Positions 12,801 through 24,550 of a stretch of DNA of 64,000 bases are shown here, in pieces (positions within the stretch are counted from its first letter, which is position 1; each line of letters opens with the position of its first letter). The stretch is from Macrostomum hystrix. Taxonomy: Eukaryota; Animalia; Platyhelminthes. The notes beneath the pieces were generated by a model. That model did not search any database, was not told the origin of the DNA, and was given only the letters and a program-made list of their open reading frames with translations. Position numbers and translations under genes: made by a program. The stretch spans positions 9,176,001 through 9,240,000 of the forward strand of contig CATNEN010000002.1 in the NCBI GenBank assembly GCA_950097015.1, given 5' to 3'.

Positions 12801-15023
12801 TTTGTTTTTGCTATTAGCATCTACTCTTAGGCTAGATATTTCCTACATTTAACTAAAGTTTTGCCTATTGAAAAAGCTTTGTAAAATACTATTAAAAATA
12901 ATCTACTTTTCAATTTTTTAGCAACACTGGGTGAACAACTAACAGTGCTAAATGTCCCAGCTGGCGTCCAGTTGTCCAATGTTAAGCAGATCTCCCTTGC
13001 TGATGTACAGGCACTGCCTTTTCAACTGTTTGGCTTGGATGAGGTTTGTTGCACTCAGTACAAATGGGATCAGGGACTGCAGTCACTCTAGATTAATGGG
13101 ATCAGAGACTGCAGTCACTCTAGATTAATGGGATCAGAGACTGCAGTCACTCTAGATTAATTAGATCAAGGCCTGCAGTCACTCTAGATTAATGGGATCA
13201 GGGACTGCAGTCACTCTAGATTAATGGGATCAGAGACTGCAGTCACTCTAGATTAATGGGATCAGAGACTGCAGTCACTCTAGATTAATGGGATCAGGGA
13301 CTGCAGTCACTCTAGATTAATAGGATCAGGGACTGCAATCACTCTAGATTAATTTGATCAGAGACTGCAGTCACTCTAGATTAATGGGATCATGGACTGC
13401 AGTCACTCTAGATTAATGGGATCAGGGACTGCAGTCACTCTAGATTAATGGGATCAGGGACTGCAGTCACTCTAGATTAATGGGATCAGGGACTGCAGTC
13501 ACTCTAGATTAATGGGATCAGGGACTGCAGTCACTCTAGATTAATGGGATCAGAGACTGCAGTCACTCTAGATTAATAGGATCAGGGAGTGCAGTCACTC
13601 TAGATTGATGGGATCAGAGACTGCAGTCACTCTAGATTAATGGGATCAGGGACTGCAGTCACTCTAGATTAATAGGATCAGGGAGTGCACCCATCGCTCT
13701 AACTAGATATTCCCAAATCGGTCCGCAGACACAGTCGAGGCTGGTCTCCGATGTGTCCTTTTTTCGCCGGCCCAGCCTGCTGGCCGTCATCGCGCTGTCC
13801 TGCGGCGACGCCTGCGCCGAAGTCGACGACGAGCTGCGCAATGTCGCAGCCTCTGGACGGAGCTTCAGACTGACTGGCGGCGCCTCAGATCCGCTGACCT
13901 ATCGGCCAACCAGTCTGGCTGATGCTGCCGCTTCCGCTGGCCTCACCAAATCCCTGCTGGCCGGATCTGCTGATCTGGCTGATTCCTCTCATCCCGGACT
14001 GTTTGCCGATGTCAAGGTGAAACCATTGACCCTTCTTCCGGATATCCCACCTGACTCTGATCTGTCAGCTGATTACCCCACCTGACTCTGATCTGTCAGC
14101 TGATTCCCCCACCTGACTCTGATCTGTCAGCTGATTCCCCCACCTGACTCTGATCTGTCAGCTGATTCCCCCACCTGACTCTGATCTGTCAGCTGATTCC
14201 CCCACCTGACTCTGATCTGTCAGCTGATTCCCCCACCTGACTCTGATCTGTCAGCTGATTCCCCCACCTGACTCTGATCTGTCAGCTGATTCCCCCACCT
14301 GACTCTGATCTGTCAGCTGATTCCCCCACCTGACTCTGATCTGTCAGCTGATTCCCCCACCTGACTCTGATCTGTCAGCTGATTCCCCCACCTGACTCTG
14401 ATCTGTCAGCTGATTCTCTCTATTCCATCTCACTCGAGAGTTAAGTGCAATTTGAGCAGTTTTTGAGCTGAATCTGCTCCAATCCGCAGCAGTCCGACCT
14501 GCCTGACGAGGCCGCTCTGCCAGCCGAAGTGGCTCGATCGCTACGCCTGGCCCGCGCCCTTGTCGACCGCGCGGTGGCCTCGGGCCTCCTTGCCGACTCC
14601 CAGCCTGACGCACTGCGCGTGGACATCAGCACCGTCGGCCTGACGACAGCCAACCGACGCCCTGTCCTGGAACTCGCAGTCAGCCTAGCCAACAAGCTGG
14701 CCGACGCTGCCGGGCGCAAGCGAGCCTTCGTTGCCATGGCAACTGTGTCATCGCCGGCTGTCGACTCCGCCGCCGGAGTCCAGCTGATCCGCGTCGGCCG
14801 GTCCCTGATGGCGGCGCCGGCTGCCGCGATCTCTGCCAGCGACTCCATGAATCTGGCGGCCGACTACAACGAAGACTTCCCGGTGATGTTCAACCTCATC
14901 CTGTGGCTCTCCGTTGTCCTCGCCCTCGCCGTCTACGCCGTAGCCTACGGCCTGTGGAACATCGACCCCGGTAAGGACAGCATCATCTACCGCCGCGGCT
15001 ACGCCCACGCCAAGAAGGACTGA
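9865..15023 (+). CDS. ATP6AP2: Renin receptor / V-ATPase accessory protein 2 (exons 9865-9913, 12922-13043, 13729-14016, 14490-15023; ~330 aa)
   Basis: Signal peptide MANFATGLCILLCCLQ and phase-consistent GT-AG introns. C-terminus NLAADYNEDFPVMFNLILWLSVVLALAVYAVAYGLWNIDPGKDSIIYR matches the conserved ATP6AP2 TM/cytosolic tail. RVGR lies at the position of the furin site. Confidence 0.92.
10286..10557. mobile_element. hAT-like MITE (272 bp) in ATP6AP2 intron 1
   Basis: Perfect 14-bp TIR CATACATGCGCAAC / GTTGCGCATGTATG. 8-bp flanks TTCCTTTA / TTCTTTTA (7/8 identical) fit a hAT-type TSD. Internal AACTAAGTC repeats. Confidence 0.7.
13066..13690. repeat. 32-bp minisatellite (GGGATCAGGGACTGCAGTCACTCTAGATTAAT, ~19 copies) filling ATP6AP2 intron 2
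   Basis: Period measured directly (agtcactc at 13081, 13113, 13145). Confidence 0.95.
14046..14415. repeat. 31-bp minisatellite (CTGACTCTGATCTGTCAGCTGATTCCCCCAC, ~12 copies) in ATP6AP2 intron 3
   Basis: Period 31 (ctgactct at 14051, 14082, 14113). Confidence 0.95.
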
Positions 15024-15899
15024 GTCGGTTGTGAGTCAAGAAGCCGAGTCATCGGTTGCTTGTTCTACGAACTCTTTGTAGCTCTTTGTTCTCTCTGGTT
15101 GACTTGACAGTGATTGTGATCAGAATTGCTGTTTGAAGATGAAGATGATTTTGAGTTGTCACGAGACTCTGGAACATTTTGTTTGCCGCATAATATTGTG
15201 TAATGCTTAATCATATTCCTTTCCATTTTAACTATTCAGAACTCTGCTATTATTATACTTGTTACTATTCAAAGTCAATAAGCACATGTTCTCTCGCATA
15301 TGCAAGTCATTTGATCTATTTTTTGTTTCATACTATTATTATTACAAATATTATAATCAGTAAAGTATATTTCCCTTCTCCCTAGTGATTAGAGTGCAGT
15401 CTTACAACTCCAAATTAGAACTGAACACTCTCAGTAGCCTGTGAGTTTTCTTGCTGTTTCATTTGAATTCTGTGTTCTAGATTGACGAACAAACTAATCC
15501 ATAAATAAATAAAATGCTGATATAATTTTATTTATTTGTATTCACTGTAGTACTGATAGTAGTGCAGTGAACGCGTCGCTATTTAGAAATCAGCGTTTCG
15601 TCCTTTCGTTTGATTTTCTGTGTTGTAGATTTGATTTATTATTAAATAGAGCTGAATAGTTGTTAGCGAGCCTGTTAATAACTCGATTATCTCTGACACA
15701 TTTTTCATGGTTCCTCGTGAGAAATATACATTTATTATGTTTACTCTGTCTGGGCGTTTATTTGTGTCGCCTCATTAAAAACTTTGCGCATCATGCGAAT
15801 TTTTGTTTTTACTTCGGCCATTTTGTCCTTCGTTATAGTTACACAGAATGTGCACTTCTGAATTGAATGCTCTACTGGACCCGAAAAACAGGAGAGACA

Positions 15900-17652
15900 A
15901 TCGGAGATGAGGCAGAGGGCATATGGGACTGGGGAGATGAGGCAGGAAATATGAGACTGGGGAGATGAGGCAGGAAATATGAGACTGGGGAGATGAGGCA
16001 GGAAATATGAGACTGGGGAGATGAGGCAGGAAATATGGGACTGGGGAGATGAGACAGGAAATATGGGACTGGGGAGATGAGACAGGAAATATGAGACTGG
16101 GGAGATGGGGCAGGAAATATGGGACTGGGGAGATGAGACAGGAAATATGGGACTGGGAAGATGAGACAGGAAATATGGGACTGGGGAGATGAGACAGGAA
16201 ATATGAGACTGGGGAGATGGGGCAGGAAATATGGGACTGGGGAGATGAGACAGGAAATATGAGACTGGGGAGATGAGGCAGGAAATATGGGACTGGGGAG
16301 ATGAGACAGGAAATATGGGACTGGGGAGATGAGACAGGAAATATGAGACTGGGGAGATGAGGCAGGAAATATGGGACTGGGGAGATGAGGCAGGAAATAT
16401 GTGACTGGGGAGATGAGACAGGAAATATGAGACTGGGGAGATGAGACAGGAAATATGAGACTGGGGAGATGAGGCAGGAAATATGAGACTGGGGAGATGA
16501 GACAGGAAATATGAGACTGGGGAGATAGGACAGGAAATATGGGACTGGGGAGATGAGACAGGAAATATGAGACTGGGGAGATGAGACTGGGGAGATGAGA
16601 CAGGAAATATGAGACTGGGGAGATGAGGCAGGAAATATGGGACTGGGGGAGATGAGACAGGAAATATGAGACTGGGGAGATGAGGCAGGAAATATGGGAC
16701 TGGGGAGATGAGGCAGGAAATATGTGACTGGGGAGATGAGACAGGAAATATGAGACTGGGGAGATGAGACAGGAAATATGAGACTGGGGAGATGAGGCAG
16801 GAAATATGAGACTGGGGAGATGAGACAGGAAATATGAGACTGGGGAGATAGGACAGGAAATATGGGACTGGGGAGATGAGACAGGAAATATGAGACTGGG
16901 GAGATGAGACAGGAAATATGAGACTGGGGAGATAAGACAGAAAATTTGAGACTGGGGAGATGAGACAGGAAATATGAGACTGGGGAGATGAGGCAGGAAA
17001 TATGAGACTGGGGAGATGAGGCAGAGGACATTTGGGACTGGGGAGATGAGGCAGAGGACATATGGGACTGGGAAGATGAGGCAGGAAATATGAGACTGGG
17101 GAGATGAGACAGGAAATATGAGACTGGGGAGATGAGGCAGGAAATATGAGACTGGGGAGATGAGACAGGAATTATGAGACTGGGGAGATGAGGCAGGAAT
17201 TATGGGACTGGGAAGATGAGACAGGAAATATGAGACTGGGGAGATGAGACAGGAAATATGAGACTGGGGAGATGAGGCAGGAATTATGGGACTGGGGAGA
17301 TGAGGCAGGAAATATGAGACTGGGGAGATGAGGCAGGAATTATGGGACTGGGGAGATGAGGCAGGAAATATGAGACTGGGGAGATGAGACATGAAATATG
17401 AGACTGGGGAGATGAGGCAGGAAATATGACTGGGGAGATGAGACAGGAAATATGAGACTGGGGAGATGAGGCAGGAAATATGACTGGGGAGATGAGACAG
17501 GAAATATGAGACTGGGGAGATGAGGCAGGAAATATGAGACTGGGGAGATGAGACAGGAAATATGAGACTGGGGAGATGAGGCAGGAAATATGACTGGGGA
17601 GATGAGACAGGAAATATGAGACTGGGGAGATGAGGCAGGAATTATGGGACTG
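15900..17652. repeat. 28-bp purine-rich minisatellite (GACTGGGGAGATGAG[G/A]CAGGAAATATG[A/G], ~60 copies)
   Basis: Period 28. Explains the 428/506-aa SPQSHISCLI pseudo-ORFs. Confidence 0.95.
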
Positions 17653-18809
17653 AGCGTTCAATACTAAGCAGTTTCGGGGCAATAAAGATTACTGTAGACA
17701 ATTATCCACTAGTATTAACTAGTTGTTTGATTTTATGTAGACTTAAATATAAGATTTTGAAAATGTGTTAGGCGCTCCTAAAATAGTTTGATGGCTGACA
17801 AGGTGACAGCATCAGCTTTACTGATCAATATTTTTATTTTTATTAAAATTAATTCGCGTTTGAATAAAAATATTTATCAATTTAGGGAATAAATCTGATT
17901 TAAGCGCTAAAACCACAAACACAAATAGTTGAGAATGCAATACAAAAGTCAATTTACGGTGATTAGAGAGCACTTACAGTTGCGGTGTGAACAGCAGTGG
18001 TTTTTATATGCAAAATCATTTTTAGTTTGTTATGATTACTAAGAAATAAAACTAATTTGCTAATGAATCTTCGGTAATTAACGAAGGCCGTGCCTTGTAA
18101 GAATCACGTGACACTAGCCGTTTCAAATTCGCGCCAAAATTCGCGTTTTCCCTAAGCGCAAACAAGCTTTGATCGCGCCTAGCTTGGCGTTGGAACCAAG
18201 CGTGTGAAAACTGTTTTAGAAATTTAGTTATTTACAGGTTGAGAACGATAGAAATCCTTTAATGCTTCAGCATTCAAAACATTCGAGTTGCTTGTAGAAA
18301 CAATGAGCGCGAAAAAAATTGATTTAATGTAATCATGATTGAAGATATTTGTAGTGTGGTTTCGTTAGTTAGAGATTAATTCTATCGCACAGAAAAATAG
18401 AAAGTAAAAATGTTCAGATGCAAAGTTAGCATGGGCACACGTGAAGTACTCAATGATACAATGTTTAATTCATACCTATACGATTGGGCCTATAACAATA
18501 GTAGGCCTACTCAACCTGACAAATCAGCAATTTAAAAATAAAAAGAGCACATAAAATTAAGAATAATGTCAGCAGATTCTGCTTCACTTAATCAGCTGTG
18601 CTGCGCTCAGCTCGGAATAATAAATTCAAGTGTGAAATTTTGATGGAGAATGAACTATTAGATTTATCTTCGCAGAAAGTCATGTCACAATTCAGAACTA
18701 TCACTTCTAGACCGTTTTTCCTAAACCTCTTATATGGACACACTGGCGAGATCGAGATGTTTCGTGTAACCTAGCTGTCACCTAAAAACTTTTACCTGTT
18801 TCTGCCGTC

Positions 18810-21800
18810 TTACAGTCTCGCTGCCAGCAGAACTGCCAGCCACAACGCCGAGGTGGCTGCGCTGGCAGCTGTTGTCGAGCCCGACCTGGTATAGCCCTCG
18901 ACGTCGTTGTCGCGGAAGAGCACCGTGCCGGAGGGGTACACCATGCCGTTGACGCACTCGTACTGACCGTCTGACAGGCTGATGCGCGCAATCACGAACG
19001 AGGCTGTCAGATCGACAGCTGCGGATTGTTTAGGATAAGATTGAGCATTTGAGCACCTGCCCTAATCGGGCCAGATGTGCAGCACAGCCGCAGCTATTGC
19101 GCGGCGCACCTGAAGGCTGCGTACGGCTGTTCAGTCCATGGACTGGGGGGACGCCACACAGTTGATGCTGTTTAAAAACTGGGTGAACATAAACATTGTA
19201 GATTAAATTGCTTTTCTAAAGGACGGAAGGGAGTGAGTGGCAGAGCGGTTAACTCGTTGGCTTCTCGCACCAAGGCCCCTGGGCTCGATTCCGCGGTATT
19301 GCCACATTCATTTGGGGCGCAGCAGCGGAGGGAAGGCTTGGGGGCTTGCTGTGTAATATACGCCCTTGAGGGCCAACCTACTAGACACAGTGACAGTGTA
19401 CACTGACTGACGATGAGAGAGTCAAGGCAGATTGTACACACATATGTGAGTGAGTGTGTGCCTGCGTTCAATACCTGTGTGCGTGTGTAAGGAGTCAACG
19501 AAATGGGCAGAATTGCCTCCTCGCTGGCTGCTAAATGATGTGCCATGGCCCACAGGCCTCCTACAAAAAATAGGATATTTATTTAAGGACACAAGCCGTT
19601 CCGTGGAGTCGGGAATCGAACCTCCAACTTTCAAGTCGTGAGTCCGATGGTGTAACCACTAGGCTATAACTGATCGCTATAAATCGACGAAAGAAAGTAG
19701 AATCTGAGGAGACAAGATCTACGTATAGAGAGATGAGATACTCGAGAGATGAGACCAGGGAGAGATAGAATACCGGAGAGATAAGATACTGGAGAGATGA
19801 GACCGGGAGAGATAAGATACTGTAGAGATGAGACCGGGAGAGATAAGATACTGGAGAGATGAGACCGGGAGAGATAAGATACTGTAGAGATGAGACCGGG
19901 AGAGATAAGATACTGGAGAGATGAGACCGGGAGAGATAAGATACTGGAGAGATGAGACCGGACGAGATAAGATACTGGAGAGATGAGACCGGGGAGAGAT
20001 AAGATACTGGAGAGATGAGACCGGGGAGAGATAAGATACTGGAGAGATGAGATACTGGAGAGATGAGACCGGGGAGAGATGAGACCGGTGAGAGATAAGA
20101 TACTGGAGAGATGAGACCGGGGAGAGATGAGACCGGGGAGAGATGAGACCGGGGAGAGATGAGATACTGGAGAGATGAGACCGGGGAGAGATGAGACCGG
20201 GGAGAGATGAGATCGGGGAGAGATAAGATACTGGAGAGATGAGACCGGGAGAGATAAGATACTGAAGAGATGAGATCGGGGAGAGATGAGACCGGGTAGA
20301 GATAAGATACTGGAGAGATGAGACCGGAGAGAGATGAGACAGGGGAGAGATGAGACTTGGGGGAGATGAGACCGGGGAGAGATGAGATACTGGAGAGATG
20401 AGATCGGGGAGAGATGAGATACTGGAGAGATGAGACCCGGGAGAGATAAGATACTGGAGAGATGAGACCGGGGAGAGATAAGATACTGGAGAGATGAGAC
20501 CGGGGAGAGATGAGATACTGGAGAGATGAGACCGGGAGAGATGAGACCGGTGAGAGATAAGATACTGGAGAGATGAGACCGGGGAGAGATGAGACCGGGG
20601 AGAGATGAGATACTGGAGAGATGAGACCCGGGAGAGGTGAGACTTGGGAGAGATGAGACCGGGGAGGCGTGAGCAGATTGGTGGAGTAGGGATTGGACGG
20701 AAGGGGCCAGGTTCCCGAGCTCCGAGGACCGCATCCGGCCCACAAGCTGGAGTTTGCCGACCCTGAATTCCACAGCGATCTTCCGCGCTTACTTCGACTA
20801 GCGAGTCCGGGCAGACCGTTGAAGGTCACGGTGACTTTCTCGCCCTCCGCTGAGTTGGCTGACGGATACTGAACGGAGCCCTGCGGAGCCAAGTCCGCCA
20901 CGATTCTCTGGTTTGGAAGCACCATGCGGCGGAACACGCGGTCGCGCAGGCTCGCACTCTTCATGATCGTGCTGCCAACCATAATGCCGCTGGAGCTCAT
21001 GTAGTTGCTGAAGGACATCATGGCGCTGTTGTTGGGCGGGAACACGGTGAAGGACAGACTTTCCGTCCCCAGATTGGGATCGAATCCGTTGCTGCCCATG
21101 TAGGCGCTGACGCTGGTGAGATCTTCGTGCGAGTTGATGAACTGCTGGATGGTCTGCACAGGCAGGCCCAGGGCTCCGGCCAGCTTGTGGAAAATGCCAT
21201 TCTTGGCTGGCTGGTCGAACATCTGCAGCTCGGCGCGAACGAAGCCGCGGCCCGGAAGACGACCCTCGACATAGTACTCTGTAACAGAGGTTGGAACGTG
21301 TTACGGGTCGCGCAGCAATGTCTGGGTGAATATCTGTGTCATCTGACATTGTGCTGCAAAGTCAAGACCTCAATTGACAACTTGTTCAACTCACTGGTTT
21401 CGTTAAAAAACGTGCGGAACCGAATCTGCCCGGAGTTGTTCAGGGCAGTCAGCAGGTCGGACTCGTGCATGCTGGGCTTGCTGATCTGCCCCGGTACGAA
21501 GTGCAGCATCAAAGCCTGCTCAAACTGCAGTTGCGGCGTTGGTTTTGACAGGTTCGGATTTTCGAGAGCGTTTTTTGTGCTTCGAAATTCTAAGTAATTC
21601 CATGTGCTTACCAGCGATTGGTTGCTGTTCCTTATCGAATTTAGACTCGTGACATCAGCCGGGGCGAACAGTGTGAGCTTGGTCGCATTGCCGCTGAGCA
21701 GACTCATGCAACTGGGCACGCCGGAGCATAGCGTGTAGAAAGCCGGCGCGTTCACCTGTGCCAGCGCGGCAAGGTCTTCGAATGCGAATGCCAGCACCCG

Positions 21801-23503
21801 GTCAACGACGTGAATGACGGTGTCCCCGATCGGATAGTTTATGGACTTGTCCACGAACTGCGCCACCACACCGCCGGCGGATATGAAGGCCTTCTGAGCC
21901 GAGTTCAGGTACATCTTGGTGTCGTTGTACAGTTGTATATTAGCATGGCCAGTGGAGAAGGTGATGGTGCTGCCAACGGACATCCAGCTGGTGAACACGG
22001 CGATATTCGGAGCGAAGTGAGCAACCAGTACTCTGCGGTACTCCTCCGCTGAGCTGTTTAGGCTCTGCATCACGGAGGTCGGGATTCGAGCCCAGGCGGC
22101 ATCGGAGGGCAGGAACAAAGTGCGAACCTTAGCGGACTTCAGTGCGGTGTACAAGTAGGAGAATACTGTGTCGCGCGTCATCCAATTGTTGAAGATTGAC
22201 AGCGAATTTCTGAAGTAAGAATCGGCTTCGTTTGAGTAGTTTACCAGTACAAAGCCGGGGTTCAAATATCCACTTTTTTCTTTTTTCTTTGTCTCATGCA
22301 ATATTTAAGCTATCGCCATGAATTTCCAGAACACTTTCCGCTCTAAAGTTTTCCGATGAAACAACTTCCAGAATCACAGAACTTCGCCATCATCGAGTAT
22401 TGTCCTCGTCACTATCTTGATCTTCGACAAAAAGAACGTTATATATCTCAACGATGCTGATGTCGAACGGTTTTGAAAGTTTGTTCATCGTAGAGGGCGG
22501 AAAATGTTGATTCATGTGGTGGAATTTCACGTGAGCTCGTGACAGTCTCTGAGGATCAGTCTTATTCAGGTACTTACGTTACGCTTAGCTGGTTCGCAAT
22601 GGTTGCTGGAGGGCTGCTAAAAAATTGATTGATTGGTATCTGGCTGCCAATAGGCAGGGCCACCTGGTCTAGCACGTGGAACACGCCATTGTCGGCTTCA
22701 CGGTTGCTTTCAGCCACCACGATGGCCGCGTTGTTGACCCGGTAGGACCAGTTTACACCCTACAAATTGAGCGTCAGTCTACAGTCAGGTCCCCGACAAG
22801 ACCCGCAACGCTAAGTCTTGCGAGTTTCAAGTCCCGCCAACTTACGCTTTGCTTTGCGAGCCAGTACAGAGTGGTGTCAGTCGTCTTGAGAATTTGCACC
22901 TGGCCGAACCCGATGTCCTCACCAGCTGGGGGGCCGATGCTCGACCAGGCGCTCAGAAGGCCCTTGGTACCCCCGTTGACTGCAGGAGCGCCAGCCGGGG
23001 TTGGAAGTGGTTTTTCAAAATATCCTCAAGAATTGCTTCAACTTTTGAACTGCAAAAAAATTAGCGGCACCTACAGGCAGGGATATAGTGCTGCTTCACC
23101 AAGGCAGTTTTGTCCATCACGCTGAAGCTAGCTGGGTTGGACTTCTGCGCATTGTCCATGGCGGTATTAGAAGGCGCGAACACCAGGAAGCACCTGATGT
23201 CACTGCAGCTGCCGCTGTTCATTTGAAAGCCAAGTCCCGTAGCCTTCAGCATGTCAGTGAACTGGGGAAAAGCAAGAGGATGGTGAGCAGTTAGATGAGT
23301 CTCTATGAGTTACGTGGCCCTCACAAGCAGCGCCGCTCTCACTACGCGGAAATAAATAACACGACACAAGTGGTGCGCACCTGGGACACATTCGCGGTGT
23401 CGTTCAGCATCTGCAGCAGCGATATGGCGCTGGCCAACGGCGGCATCAGCGAGCTCGTCAGTAGCAGAGCGGCTGCCACCAGCAAGAGGCTATTGGTGCA
23501 CAT
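18810..23503 (-). CDS. Fasciclin (four FAS1 domains) cell-surface protein with signal peptide and probable GPI-anchor signal (exons 23503-23381, 23261-23075, 22979-22846, 22759-22578, 22209-21395, 21278-20817, 19018-18810; ~703 aa)
   Basis: FAS1 H1 motifs FLVFAPSNTAM, TLFLPSDAAW, TLFAPAD and FTVFPPNNSAM, with H2 motifs NGVFHVLDQV, VIHVVDRVL, NGIFHKLAGAL and NGMVYPSGTVL. All six introns are GT-AG and phase-consistent. N-terminal hydrophobic signal, and C-terminal SGSTTAASAATSALWLAVLLAARL-stop. Confidence 0.85.
19060..19670 (-). mobile_element. tRNA-derived SINE family B, split (5' half 19670-19591, 3' half ~19218-19060) by a family A SINE
   Basis: Head GTTATAGCCTAGTGG...GGTTCGATTCCCG (Pol III A/B boxes) is similar to 24551-24620. 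3' half (CCCCCCAGTCCATGGACTG...GCAATAGCTGCGGCTGT) matches 48310-48362. Confidence 0.65.
19225..19584 (+). mobile_element. tRNA-derived SINE family A
   Basis: A box TGGCAGAGCGG, B box GGCTCGATTCC. Colinear similarity with 43042-42712 (-) and 62010-62305. Flanked by AAGGAC (19219-19224, 19585-19590). Confidence 0.7.
19725..20680. repeat. Purine-rich composite minisatellite (GATACTGGAGAGATGA / GACCGGGGAGAGATGA sub-units) in fasciclin intron 6
   Basis: Directly visible. Explains the Ser/Leu/Pro pseudo-ORF tails. Confidence 0.92.
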
Positions 23504-24550
23504 TTCTGCAGCCTCAAAATTGGACAAATTTTTAATGGTCAAATTAAACTGCCAAGAAACTTTGCTAGTGCGCCCTGTTGATAGCTATCTGTTTTTATGT
23601 AGTCCCAAGTACCAAGGCAAGATAATAGACTTTAGACAAGGCTTATTTACCGCGCTGTAGCCCTGTGTTTCTCAGGATTAACTCGCGAACAACAATAGGC
23701 AGAGAAGGAATGCAGCGAGCGTCCAGTGCTGCGACTGCTGCTCTGCAGGGACAGCGCTTGCAATTCGAATGCAATTCTATTCTCTGCCCTGTCTCAGTTC
23801 AGCCTATTCCCAATTGTTCTTCGGAATGCGATAGCTCAAGCAGTCACGGTGCGCGCTTTGAGCAGTTGTTGAGCAGCGGCCGGCTCACTCTATTGTACTG
23901 CTCCGGTGGAGGTTGGGCTGGCCAGAGGTACAGGGAGACGCCCTGGATGGCACTGGGAAAACAGGGACAGAGTTGACTCAGGCTGTGAGTACTCTGGTCC
24001 TAGCTGAGCTCAGCTGAGTAGGAAGCTCACGGGAGAAAGGAAGAGAGGGAGAGAGGGAGAGAGAGGTGCGCCTAGACTTCTTGCACCAGTCAAAACGGGT
24101 TTGAGTACACAGACGCCGATGCGTTAACCTGGGCCAGGAAACTGAAAGCGAATGCCCAGGCAGGCAGGTAAAGTTTCAAACTGGCAGCTCAGCCCTGCAG
24201 GCGAGATGCATTGTGGCGCAGGGGGGGCAGGAGAGAAGAGAAGTGCCAATGCGGGCTTTCGCTTCCGACAGTGCACTGCGGGACGCCGGCAACGCCCTCC
24301 AGTTTTCTAGGGAAGAAACGGCTATCGACTGTACTCAGCCAGGCTGGGCCTGAGCCCGTGTCAACAAGCGCTCGGGCCTTCAAACACAGACAAGCAAACA
24401 CTAATCCCAAAGTCTTCTCTTCTAGGAGCCGATTCCGTGTTTTTTAGTTGGACTTTTTAGGATAATCAGTTTGACATGCAGCCGAATCATTTCCTGACTA
24501 AATCGGGCTCTGCTTTGCTTGTTAATGACGTGCTTGTTTTTATACAGAAT

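Noticed and set aside
15775-17682. Long ORFs of 428-678 aa here and at 19579-20773, 25207-27325, 29787-31517, 56579-57289 and 58211-58696
   Set aside because: They are translations of stop-free tandem repeats, open in several frames and on both strands, with no domain signature.
22210-22301. ORF-track N-terminus MHETKKKEKSGYLNPG... as a separate intronless gene
   Set aside because: A good acceptor (ttcttacttcag at 22210) joins this ORF in phase to the upstream fasciclin exon, so the extension is most likely intronic.
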